DNA of 63,806 nucleotides, filler included, from Choristocarpus tenellus KU-1152 (Eukaryota; Protista; Phaeophyceae): NCBI GenBank assembly GCA_964200185.2. It is 15 parts of 15 records of this genome, joined end to end, with 100 filler letters (N's around TTAATTAATTAA, not from the genome) between each part and the next. Parts side by side here need not be neighbours in the genome. Positions count along the whole stretch, not along the records: positions 23,135 to 28,242 come from CAXNAD020011846.1; positions 28,343 to 31,255 come from CAXNAD020023698.1; positions 31,356 to 36,448 come from CAXNAD020011903.1; 12 more parts are not named here. The stretch is one strand, 5' to 3'. The notes below the pieces were generated by a model. The model searched no databases. It was given only the letters and a program-made list of their open reading frames with translations, and was not told the origin of the DNA. A program made the position numbers and the translations under genes. Below, piece after piece: positions 24,348-36,394 of the stretch (positions are counted from its first letter, which is position 1; each line of letters opens with the position of its first letter).

Positions 24348-26972
24348 GACGCTTTCCCAAGGAAGTACACATCCATGTTCGCCGCCACCCTATAGAGGAC
24401 ATGCCCAAGGATGAAGAAGGTGTGCAGGAGGTGCGTCAATCACTCCATTGAGATTGTGTATCATCATGTGTGTGTGTGTGTGTGTGTCTCGAAGGCTATT
24501 GTACTCTATTCTTGAGTTTTTGTGCTTTTGTTCTTAGGGTATGGCATGTGTGAGGGGAGTTTTTATCGTATCCATCACCCCCCCTTGCATGAGTTGCATG
24601 AGTTTCTTTTTTTTTTGGCGACAGTTACGCATGTGTATGTGTTTCGGTGGCAGTTACGTCTACCTTTTCATGCGGTGAACGTTCACACACCTAAGTTGTA
24701 TTGTTATTAGTACCCCCCCCCCCCCCCCCCCCCCCTCCTCCTCATCCTTTCTTTCGTTTATGGTCTGGTTTGTTGGAGNNNNNNNNNNTTGTTTTTTGTT
24801 CCGCCCCCCCCCCCCTGCATGCTTTTCATGACATTTACAGGTACATTTTGGCGTCGTAGTAGGCAAAGACATTTACAGGTACATTCATTCTCAACCGCTC
24901 TTTCGAGGTTGTGTGTAAATGATTCTTTGTTTGAACTATGGGGGGGGAGAGGGTTTCAGGTTTTTGGACCATGCCAGGAGGGATGTCTTATTCGGTAAAC
25001 AGGTGGCTCTTGTATGGTAGAGGGTATAAGCGTACCTTACATGTTCATGTTGTCCTGATAATCAATCATATGCTCCGTTGTTTCTGACGCCTATGTTGTA
25101 TTGTGGGGGATATCATTTTGACCATTCCGGAAAAGAAGCGGCCCTCTTGTGAGGTCATCAGCTTGCGTTGTATGTAGGCTTCGGAGGTTTTGTATACAAA
25201 AAGCCTTCCCTGTTGTATGTAAAATGTGATACAGCAGGGGAAGGCTTTTTGCAGAGCAAAGTACATCTGCAGAGTTGCTTAATGAGTTCCGTGATCATGT
25301 CACCAAAAGGCCTGTCGAGCGTTTCAGTCTTCGAAGTGTTTTATTTATGTGTTTCATTTATGTGTACGTATATATATTTTATTTTGTGGGAGTGATCGGG
25401 GGAGATGGTGTATGGGTATGGTTGTGGATTCTTTTAGCCATCTCTGGGCTGTGCACACTGAAAGAGAATGGAGATCAGGCAGCAGCAGCACACTGCTACT
25501 CGAGTGATTTTTATTTTTTATTTTTTTTAGAAATGCCTTCCCGGGTTTCGTTGTTTTTTTATTGCTGTATCTAGAGGGTGCTTTTGCGCTTCTTGGCACG
25601 CAGTGTCACGTACGCTATGTCTGTGTATGATAACTGTTCGCAACAGGCCAATACCTCACGTACTGATACACACCTGTGTATGGTCTCATCCGTAAGTCCT
25701 TTCAGTCTGTGGAAATATGTACATCTGGTTGATATAGTTAGTTGGTTGTAGGACGCCTGCCAAGTCAGTTAATACCTTTTCTTTGATGTTCATCATTGCA
25801 AAAAGGGTATCGTATTGTGATAAATACGCTCCCCCCCCCCCCCCCCCCCCCCCCACCCCCCCACCCCCCCCCCCCCCCCCTCNNNNNNNNNNAGTTAAAC
25901 CTTTTTTTTGTTGTTTCCACACCCCCAAAAAGGTTTCTTTTTTTTTACAAAACCCCCCCCCCCCCCCCCCCCTCCCCTTCCCCTTCCCCTTCCCCTTCCC
26001 CTCCTACTTTTGTCATGATACACTGCACATGCATGCTCTGTAGCCATGGGATTTACATCATGGTGTACTGTCTGTCAAGGGAGTAAGTTGTAGAGTCAGG
26101 GTTTTATAAGACCAGAGAGGGCATATGGGCAAAGAAAGTATTGTGTAAAAAGGCACACACCGAATACAGCACCTGAGCACTAGAATGGATCACATGTCAC
26201 ATGGAACTAATAGGATACATCGGCCATTAAACCTTCCTGGAACGCCCCCCCCCCCCCCCCTTTTTTTTTTTTTTTTTTGTATGATAGAAAAAGAAAAATG
26301 TGGTGGATTTTTTTTTTTTTCTTTTTTTTTTACTGGGAAGAGTAGAAATGCAACAGTAAGTGGATGTGAGCTTTTTTTTTGTAATTCATATTTTTCAATA
26401 CAGCAGGCGTTTTTGTTTATGAAAGAAACTTTTTTTCGTGTGGTGCTTACGCTCTTGTCTTGATCTAAATAGAGAAACACGACGGACTGATGTTGTTGCA
26501 ATGTCTTTTTTTGTACTTGTGATTGTAATCTTAAAACGCCAACATTGAACAGTGGTGCCGTGGGGCATTTGCAGCAAAAGAAGCTCGCCTTCGGAACTTT
26601 TACGAAGGCCCCATGTTGTTCGACAAGGAGGGCGCTGGGAAGACTGCTGGGCGGCAAGAAGGCTGTGTGGCAGGTGTTGGAATAGGAAAGGATGTGAACA
26701 ACAACAATTTGGCCAGTGTTGAGGCGATTGAGGATCATAGCAAGAAGAGCTCTCTTTGCGCCTTCATCTTCTTCTTGGCTTTGGTGGGCCTCATAGCCAT
26801 CGGAGTGGTCGGGGGTGCATGGTGCAAGTGGTACATAGTGCTCTCAGCAGGGTTCTTCACACTGGTTACAAGCATCGCAGGCGGGATGGACAATTTGGAG
26901 CTCATGCTGTTTGAGGGATGTCTTGAACCCTTGGGGGGATCTGCAGAGACTAGAAGGAGGAAAAGTGCATGA
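24348..26972 (+). CDS. LCLAT1: Lysocardiolipin/lysophospholipid acyltransferase (LCLAT1/LPAT-like), last 2 exons
   Basis: Exons 24348-24430 (RFPKEVHIHVRRHPIEDMPKDEEGVQE) and 26553-26972 (WCRGAFAAKEARLRNFY..., two hydrophobic helices, GGMDNLEL, basic tail RRRKSA*). Fits the acyltransferase C-terminal domain. Confidence 0.82.
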
Positions 26973-28082
26973 TGTGCTCCTGCTGCTCCGGCTCCTGCTG
27001 CTATTCCTGTTGCTGATCAATTTTTTACAATACCTTTTAACTTCTGTTGGCTACTGTAGCAAAGGGGACCCCTGTCACCTCGTTTCGTAGGTTGTGTCTG
27101 TGTCCAGGGTGGGGGGTATTTCAGACACAGCCAGAGAAAGAATGCACATGATGAGTAAGCTGTACCATCTCGTGTAAGTTGAGTTGTTGATGTGCTGTGA
27201 AGATTTACACATGTTATAGACGAGTGATGATACCTCAACCTCAGTGTGTGTGTGTGTATGTGTTGATGTGTGCTCTTTCACGTACTGGTTGTACGAAGTA
27301 TGCATGCTTGATTAATGATGAATGACTTTGCATGTTGAGGACACAGACACAAGAAGTCAAGAAGGAGGAAAGAAATGAAACAGTTAATTGTTAAAACTAC
27401 TCTTGCTTTTTGTGAGCTGGCTCTTGTTGAATAGATTGTATTTCAAGGGACATATGTTGTAGGCTATGTGTTGTGCATGTTCATTCGCAGTTCTGTGTTG
27501 TGTGTCTGTGTGCCTGCTCTAGAGGCCAACGGAGTCGTTGGTAGGTTTGTTCCTCCTCTCAACGAGGCATTGTGAGTAAAACTACTTATTCAGGGCCTGC
27601 CTAGCTAGTATTGTTTGCAAAAGTATTTTAGTACTCTTTCTTCTTCACTTTGGTAATTGTTGGAGAACTTCCTTGCTGCCCCAAGTCTCTGTGTGATTTG
27701 CTAAGCACAATTTTGAGATACCAGTCTATTCTTCACTGTACCGCCTCCCTCATTCTTCGTTGGGTGTGTACAGGGCTGTCACTATGTTTCAATTTCTTGT
27801 GCTGACAGGAGGCTATTTTCAGCAACTTGGCTTCCGACTAGAGAGTATTTTTGTTATCATTTTAGAGTTCTTCCTAGGTGGTGAAGAAACGGATGGGTGA
27901 ACTGAGCAATCAATAATGCACCTACCCAAGAAAGAGAGTCTTCCTCATCTTTCTGGAGCTCACTGAGGTGGTATTGAATGTGCCAACTATACCCTATTAA
28001 GTAGTGATTTCTTTATGCTCACTCTACCTCGATTTGAATTGACACCCTCCCATCCATGGGGTTTCTGTTACCTACATCCAGT

Positions 28083-28242
28083 GGCCCAAAGTATCTTGTG
28101 GCAGTGGCGGCTGTCCATTTGGGGCCAACTTTTTTATGTCGCAATTTTTGGGTGATTTGGTTGCTTATGTCGGATGGATAATGTAAGCGCACTTTTCCTG
28201 GTTATGACTCAAATGGACACCCTGGTGTAGACCCCCCCCCCC
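28083..28242 (+). mobile_element. MITE family A, truncated at contig end
   Basis: GGCCCAAAGTATCT...GGCTGTCCATTTGG...AAATGGACACCCTGGTGTAGACCCC. Confidence 0.88.
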
Positions 28243-28379
28243 NNNNNNNNNNNNNNNNNNNNNNNNNNNNNNNNNNNNNNNNNNNNTTAATTAATTAANN
28301 NNNNNNNNNNNNNNNNNNNNNNNNNNNNNNNNNNNNNNNNNNGGTGCGGGGGGATGGGGAGAGGTAGGGAGGGGGAGGG

Positions 28380-28384
<5 letters not shown>

Positions 28385-28444
<60 letters not shown>

Positions 28445-28570
28445 CGGCAGCTGTCCATTTTGGGCTCATTTTTACATGTCGCGATTCTTGGGTGATTTGG
28501 TTCCATGCGTCGAATGGATATGGACACTCTAGTGTAGACCCCCCTCCCCCCCAAAAAAATACTTTGTACC
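28385..28570 (+). mobile_element. MITE family A, diverged, left end lost in poly-G
   Basis: (G)nCGGCAGCTGTCCATTTTGGG...GGGTGATTTGGTTCCATGCGTCG...GTGTAGACCCC...ATACTTTG. Confidence 0.8.
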
Positions 28571-29137
28571 ATTGGATTATGCTCTGGACAGGAGTTGGGA
28601 AGGGCAGGGTGGGATAAGGGACGCCTGGCGGTAGAAGGGGAAAGCACTCCAAGACTTTAATATTTATAATGCTGAGGCGTTGTGGGTGCTTGTTGTGTGA
28701 TACGTCTGGTGAAGTATTGAAATAAGCTGTTACAGAGCCCATATTTGTTTTCTTCTTTTTTGTATTGGAAAGGATTGTTGCCCCCTCAATGCAATGGTCT
28801 ATGAGATTGATGCTTACCCTGTACCACAGGTACTACAGGTCGACCATTGCATTGACGTTGAGAACGATGGTGGTGGTGTAAGGGGTTAGGATTGGATTGG
28901 TTCGAGAATGTATGGTGCTCTCGATTGTTTCATTTTTTTTTTAAGGGTTAGGGTTAGGGTTAGGGTTAGGAGGGCACCTTCGCTACCTTTTTTGTCTTGT
29001 TAGGACCGGGGCTGTATTTTGTTTGCCCTTGTGGAGCAACAAAAAAGGTACAAGGACCGTTCCGTGAAAAGGAGAACTCGTGCAGAGGTACAGGGATGAC
29101 CATGCTTGCGTTAATTCGGTCTGCGGTTTGTACTCAG

Positions 29138-29656
29138 AACTTCAAAATGGACTAATTGGGTGTCCAAGTATGATACTATCGGTGCAATTTCAGTCTTTGA
29201 TATTTCAGGGGATGGTCCCCGTCGAGGACCTAGGTCGGGTCTTGTTGTGCTCAGGAGGTCACGCATGTTGCGATCTGCCATAAATTATTTACTTTTATAC
29301 TTTCAGGAGATAAATAATACCCTTTTTGTTTTTTGTGCATTCTTTTTTTTATTTTATTTTTATCGAATTAAATCTTTTTTTTAATTTTGAAATCTGTACC
29401 TCTGTTGCACTACGGATCATTCTGCTGTACCTCTGACCCCTCCCCCCTCAAAAAACAAACAAAATCAAGGTATAACCTAGGGGTACAGGTGGAACAGGGT
29501 GCAGGGTGCTTCAGTCGTACCATGGTCCTAACGCTGGTACCTCGGTACATCCTGGTGAACAACCTGTCGAGAGGATTGGAGTACAGTCAGACGGGATATG
29601 CTTCTGTTTGGAAAGATCAGCTTGCACCCGGCAAGTGGCTTGTGTACTTACATAGT

Positions 29657-29712
<56 letters not shown>

Positions 29713-31134
29713 GGTGGGATGAGGAAGGGGCAAGGAGTGTCACCTGCTGGTTGACTGACCGTTGGTTCTCAGTTGAGAGGCGTCTGCAAAATGTGTAACG
29801 TTGGACTTTGCACTGAATTGGTACGGTACTCTTGTTTGTTGTACTTGAGTACTTGTGTTTGTTGTACTTGAGTACTTGTATTTGTTGTGCTTGAGTACTT
29901 GTGTTTGTTGTACTTGAGTACTTGTATTTGTTGTACTTGAGTACTTGTATTTGTTGTACTTGAGTACTCTTGTTTGTTGTACTTGAGTACTTGTGTTTGT
30001 TGTACTTGAGTACTGTTACTTGTTGTACTATGGTAATAGTACCAGAGAGTCATAATAGTTGCACTTTCTACTTCTAGCACTGCGTATTGGGCATAGCGTT
30101 CTCAATAAATTGGCGATGGAAACATTGGGTTAGGGTTAGGGTTAGGGTTACAGGGTGAACAGCACTGCACTTTTTTTTTCTTTGGTCTGAGGGGTCCCAA
30201 ATCCGCGGCGAAGAGGAACTTAACAGGAAAAATAAAAATAAAAATAAATACTTGAGAAGATGTAAAATATTGGAAAAATGTAATTAACATTACTTCTATC
30301 GCACTTTCCATAGTAAAAGAGATGTGGTACTAGTATACTTTTGACATCCACATATCGGTTTTTGCTCTCATACTGTCCAGCCGCCCACCATTTAATTCAC
30401 AACGGGAATTTTACTAGTATCCCATCCATACTACAGCAGGTGTTAGCATCATAAGTCCCTCTCATTTTCAATGCTGCATAACAACATAACATTCTTCCAG
30501 TGCATCTGTCCATGCCTGACCCTTCTTTCTCCCTCTACTCCACTCCACTCCCCCCCCCCCCCCCCCATCTTGATTGACCTCATCACCAACACCACCAAAA
30601 ATATATGTATAAAAAAAATAAATATGTATATATATATATACACACAAGTGTTCCTCCGTTCCTCCAATGTGAATACTATTGACGAGTGTTAAGTTTTGTC
30701 CGTTCACGTACCGTAACGTACCGATGATACCAAACGTAACCTAACTCCGTATCGTTTTAGGTGCTCGCAAGGGTTTCCACTTGCCTTTCGCAGGCGGGCG
30801 ACATTCCCTCAGCATACGATTGATTTCGGCGGGGCCCCCGCCGCCGTCTTCCAGCCGTCAACGTTCTGAGTCCGCTCAAACCGGTACCGGTCCCGAAGAT
30901 TCGGATCTTGAGAGTGTAACTGCCGCGAGAGATGAAGAGGAATGGATGTGGAGCGGGGAGCTGAAGCTGGATACGCTGGGGGAGGTGGCGGTGAAGCTGC
31001 GTTTGAGGCCGCAGTGGGGAGGGTATGGGCTGGGTTCCAGCAATGTTGAGATGAGTAGGATCGGTGTGGAATACATTGCAAGGGTAAATGTGGTGCTTCT
31101 TGGGGCCTCGGTTACTGTGACCTTCAATCGGCAG
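29138..31134 (+). CDS. VPS13: VPS13 family protein, adaptor-binding (VAB/SHR-BD) region exons
   Basis: Exons 29138-29233 (TSKWTNWVSKYDTIGAISVFDI...), 29470-29630 (YNLGVQVEQGAGCFSRTMVLTLVPRYILVNNL...LAP), 30761-31134 (GARKGFHLP...SIRL...WMWSGELKLDTLGEVAVKLR...VTVTF). Possible earlier exon 29004-29047. Confidence 0.85.
29826..30030. repeat. 23-bp minisatellite, about 8 copies
   Basis: Unit GTACTTGAGTACTTGT(G/A)TTTGTT in a VPS13 intron. Confidence 0.93.
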
Positions 31135-31579
31135 GTGAAAGGGGGGGGGGGGGGGGGGGGGGGGGGGGTTTTTTTTTTTTTTTTTTTTTGGGGTGGTTGG
31201 ATTGTGTGTGTGGGGGGGGGGGGGAGGAGGGAGAGATCGCACACGCCCTCCCACANNNNNNNNNNNNNNNNNNNNNNNNNNNNNNNNNNNNNNNNNNNNT
31301 TAATTAATTAANNNNNNNNNNNNNNNNNNNNNNNNNNNNNNNNNNNNNNNNNNNNGGGTTGGGCTGGGTGGGAGAGATGTGAAATAGTGTCACCCACGGA
31401 ATTGTTTCCCACCAAATAATTGTGCTTTTGACCATCTACCATGATCCTGCAGCTGCTGATGAGTAGTTTTGCCAGGGAGGACAGGAGGATTCAAGTGCCG
31501 TCCTTGTTATCCACATGTATGTACGCATGTGGATGCATTCCCGAGAGTCCTCGAGCATAAAGCAATGAACAAAGACTTG

Positions 31580-34059
31580 CGACGGACACAAAGGAAAGGA
31601 AGCATCCCACCAAAGGTGTGCAAAACCTCCAGCACCTCTCTTCCACTTTCAGTTTCAAGTACGTGAGCTACTGCATCTTTACCCCCACCCCAACTCTACC
31701 AGGGAATTATTGCAGTGTTGCGTATTGTGGGTCTATTGTAATTGCTCCGCGGCCAAGAGCAAGGTGTACGAAGCATGCAAAGGCGTGTTTTATGTGACTT
31801 GACATGGGCAAGACGCAATACTCTAGACACAACAAGATGCAAGGCCATTCCGCAAGACGAAAGATCATACCACTCTCCTGAAAAATCGCTGAGTCCACTT
31901 CAGGCACCGCCTCCTTCAAGGCGGCAATGTTGAACTCCAGCCTGAGAACATAGGTTTTACACAATGACCACAGGCGTGTGAGGGGCAAGGATAGGTATGT
32001 CGAAGAACCAGATGATGCGAACATAATGGTGGTTTACGCCCTCTACTGTACCACATGAGGGATGCAGAACCGAATCTCACACAAACATGCCATACAACAC
32101 CTCTGTTTCGGGTTCCATCTGCCCCTCCAACAGTAAAGTAGCTCAAGTCCATAACATGGTTGAATAAACGCAGAAAGGGTTTGTTGCCAAATCTAGTTCG
32201 GGTAAATATATCCATAACAAAACTATCGATATCACCCATATCTCATGACTATTAGTGCTAATCACAAGACAGTTTGAAGGAAAAAATGCTTATGGCTTAC
32301 TTATTCCAACGTGGTAGTGAAGGGAAGTATCACATCCTATCACTTGAAAGCAACTATTCTGAGTCAAGGCAACGATTGACAATGCCACACCTACACAACC
32401 ACACATCCCACCCTCTCCTCCTTCCCCATGGTTATCCCCCCTGATGAATCACAGCCACAGCCACACGTAAAACAAAGACAACAATAAGCATTCAAATCTC
32501 AAGAGTGGGTCGTCGTACACACAATTCTTGGTATGCACCTAAATCACACTCTTAGTCCACTACATTTGTCCATCCAGAGATTACACAGTCAACGTTTTTT
32601 AATGTTCTGTTTTCACCGTCACAACAGTATCAGAGCGATAAATGGTACCACCTCCTTAACTGAAACCGTACTGAAATCGGTGAAATGTGGAGACAGATTC
32701 AAAACGCAATGTATACCTCTGAACCACAACTGATTCAGCCATATCCAACCATACCTTGCGACATCTCTGGAGAAGAAGAATGGCACACGTTCCATAACCC
32801 TTGGCATGCTTGCACCTGGGAAGGCATTTGCCACAAGACCAACCACTCTCTCTAATTGGTTCAGTGGAACGAGCAGTGTCTGGGGTTGTAGGGGTGTTGG
32901 AAGTTACAGATGGACTGTTAAAAGGGTGAACTCGAAAGATTGTAGGGTTAGGAAAATATAATATGGATGACAAAGTGCATTAGGTGGGTGAGGTTTTGTC
33001 CAATGCCACAATCTAATCAACACGCATCCTCAAATCGGATCTATGTGTAAATAGCAGGTTTAACAATGGTATCCTATTGGGAGAATGTCCCCAAAAATGT
33101 ATCTTGGATAAAAAAATTGCATTTCCTTGAAGATTACCTCAGCATATTCCAGGCGATTTATAGTGGAGTAGCACATTCTTTGGACAGTTTGGACTGTAGT
33201 ACCCTCTAACCTTGGGGTGACGCCTTATCACAGTATTCATGTTGACCCCTGGCGCCATCTCCAGGAGGAATTTGGTTCTGTCACGAACGAGCTTCTGGGA
33301 ATGATTTGTAGTTGGGCAGGTGCAATGTTTCAATTGTGATATCATGATATTGCAAATTCCATCAATCGTGGACCACGGTATCTATCTTTTGTCGACGGGT
33401 CGAACGAAAGTTACCCTCACCTATCCGACGATGAATGTCAAGTGCAGGGGGCGTCCAATTACCTCCCATGCGTTTCAGCTCCCGCAGCCATATACTAACA
33501 CTCCACGATGCACTATCATAAATTTGATAAATGCCATAGCGGGAAGACAGGGTAGTTTAATGATAAAAAAAAGAGGGTTCTTGTAAAACCAACAAAAAAA
33601 TCTACGAATACTAGTAGAGGTGCTGTACGACCCACACACCGGATTCTCCGTGCGGAACTGCCCACAGTCCTCTAGCATCCGTTCGACAGTCCTGACGTTA
33701 AGGACTTGCAGTTCCTGAACAAGGATGCGAATCACCTCAGCCTCCCGCTTATTGTAGAAACGGGGACGGTTGATGATGTATCCTCCAATACGGCTAGTGT
33801 TGCTCGTCGAGGTATTACTTCCAGCCATGCCGGCTACAGTCACAATATCATTGGCTATCACGGAATCTTCATCTCGGATGTCATCGGGAGATGCAGTTCT
33901 CCCAGATAAGGTACCGTGAACAAGGGATCTGTGCAAATCGAACTGGCACCACAACGGCTTACGTCCAATCCATACTTGTGTAGGAGGACTATTGGAAAAG
34001 AACGCGTCAACAAAGGCGATAAAATCAAGTAGTGAAATGAGACTGTATATCTTCTTCAT
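31580..34059 (-). CDS. Plastid-targeted helical-repeat protein, mTERF-like
   Basis: Phase-consistent exons 34059-33640 (MKKIYSLISLLDFIAFVDAFF...), 33294-33211 (KLVRDRTKFLLEMAPGVNMNTVIRRHPK), 32879-32755 (TLLVPL...AFPGASMPRVMERVPFFF), 31941-31871 (LEFNIAALKEAVPEVD...), 31667-about 31580. ~35-aa repeats of type L..hPG.D/N...h...P..L. 3' end unresolved. Confidence 0.72.
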
Positions 34060-34889
34060 CACGAGTAAGTCTTGTCAGTTATGCGCTTATGCGCTTTTCC
34101 TTCACCCTATCTTTTCGTGCTAATGTCGTTGAGTGTTGTTCGTGGAAGATCATGCGACCTAACCCAAACCTTCAATCACAAGGCCTTCCTATGTAATACA
34201 GAATCCCACTAACAATAATCTTTGATCCTCTTGCTCGAAATTGGAAGTAACTTTCTCTCTCCAACCATCAAGTTCGTAAGCCAACTGCATCAAGGCTACA
34301 GCAGTAAATTAAGGATCGAGGAGACCATGATCACTTCAGATGAAATCGAGGTAAGATTTGGGGAAAATACCACCACTTGATGTCGTTTTTGGACACACCT
34401 GCAGATCTGTGAGCAAGAATTGTGGAAGGAGAAACCATTTTGGAGAGACTCGACATGAGTGTCACTAATTTATTCTCTACACCCATCTCTTTTGACAGAT
34501 ATTTCGACGACAACGTCGATATGTAATGATCGAACTATCAAAGGAGTACCCTGAAGCCCTCCAGCGTAAGTCGTTCGAACATGATCCCACACACTGGTCG
34601 CCCTTTTTGCCACAATGTTGACGGACATCGTCGAGCACTTACCGTGGTCAAGTCTGGCAACGACAAGTTTTTCTCACAAGATGTAAGATCTTGCGCTAGT
34701 ACGGTAATTATGGTATCAGTTTTTAAATTCAAGTTAAGGTTTGAACGGGCACTGTAGTCCTCGACTTGGGATGTATTCAAAGGTTCATGGTTAATATGAC
34801 CATCGCCCGACTTCCTCACTATAGCGGAAGTACTCAATTCTCTATGTGTACGGAATATATATCCATACAACTGTGTGGCAATCAAGCAG

Positions 34890-35298
34890 GCCTGGGCTTG
34901 GCGACGGGATTCGCGATGGCCATCGGAATGGTCGAGGGTATTCGCATCTCTTCAGCACCACGAGATTTGAGGTTCCCATTTCGGTGAGCAACGCTATATT
35001 TGCACGCATTGAACCGTGGTGTTTCGACTTCCCTCTCATCCCTCTCCCTTTTGAGTAACCGCCTTGTACCTTCTTTGCTCTGTTCAGCTATGCGCTGTAC
35101 AACACTCTCCCCAGCTTCGTGGGACAACAGGTCCATCCCTCCCTTATACTCTCGGCCGTGGGTGCCAGTAAATTGGGATCAGGAACAGACCCAGCTTTCG
35201 CGCTTACCACCTGTCGGCAAGCCTTGTCACAAGCATCAATGCTGCGGGCTCTCCGCACAGCGGTGGCTGGCTACTCCAGTGTTGCTGTTCTTGTTCAG
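34890..35298 (+). CDS. Hypothetical protein with hydrophobic segments, 2 exons
   Basis: Exons 34890-34983 (LGLATGFAMAIGMVEGIRISSAPRDLRFPFR) and 35088-35298 (YALYNTLPSFVGQ...RTAVAGYSSVAVLVQ) with matching phase-2 GT-AG splice. Family unknown. Confidence 0.5.
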
Positions 35299-36357
35299 GT
35301 ACAGGATCCCGTCCAACTACATATCCTACACTCCTTATCGTTTCGACTCTGTCGCACATCTTTGTGCTCGAAATCCTGATATTCCTTTCAGTATTTGCTC
35401 AAGTGCGTAAGGTTTCTAGAGTTGTCCTGAGACTAAGATTCTGTTCTTCTCAGTGACAAGTTTGTACTGACTAGCCACTTGAATTATTGGTTCCTAGGAG
35501 TTCTTTCCTTGTGGGTGCAGGGTGCATGGGCAGTGTATACCCACTAATTGTTCTGTGAAGTCTCAGGTGGTAGGTTGTCTTTGCATGTAAGATTGGAGGT
35601 AACTTGATGGACCAGCTTTCACACCGGGTACAGTGATGTGTACAGCCAACTACAGTCTACAAGCTGTAAGAGCCTCAAGACACAGAAGAGCGGATACGTA
35701 AACTTTTGTTTTTTGATAATATGCATATCAGCATGTGATAGTTTAGGGAAAGGGTACCCCGAAATAGCATTTGGTACTATCTGAGTACTCATTGAAATCA
35801 GAAAAAGGATTCTTCTCAGGCTCAACCATGTGGTTTCTCTTATCCCGGCGAAGGTGCAAAGAAGTTGGAGAAGTCAAGTTTCAGTGTGGTCGTCTTACTC
35901 ATTGTTCCTCAGCCTACTATTGGCTAAAATTACATCCCGGTTCAGTTCCTGTGGATCCTTTCCCAGATTACTCTTCTGCTTTTGCCATTATGACAAGATA
36001 CCATGGCCCACCCAAGTAAACTGTGATGCAGTCAGAAGTATGCACGAATCGTTTTTTTTTGTGTTTCAGTTGCAGTTAGATTGATTTATTCTTTACTGTG
36101 AGATGGCAATACCTGAGTAGATATTACTCAATTCAAGGTCAATTAGCATGCCCTGTATCATCTGATGTTATGTGACTCGGGTTTGAGCCCCTCGTTCTGA
36201 CACCCCTTACGGGGAAAGTGCTCCTGCATTTGCAAGAAAATGATTGCTATTAGACAGTGGGACAGGCGGGTGATATGCCATACTCAAGGGTTGAGTCAGT
36301 GTGCGATTTGTGCTTTTGAGGTGCTTGGTTTGTCATATGCTTGAGGTCAAAGTATCT

Positions 36358-36394
<37 letters not shown>

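Noticed and set aside
28354-28617. Poly-Gly/poly-Pro ORFs (also 25686-26086, 49408-49607, 56539-56754)
   Set aside because: Translations of G/C homopolymers at contig ends or gaps; run lengths may be sequencing artefacts.
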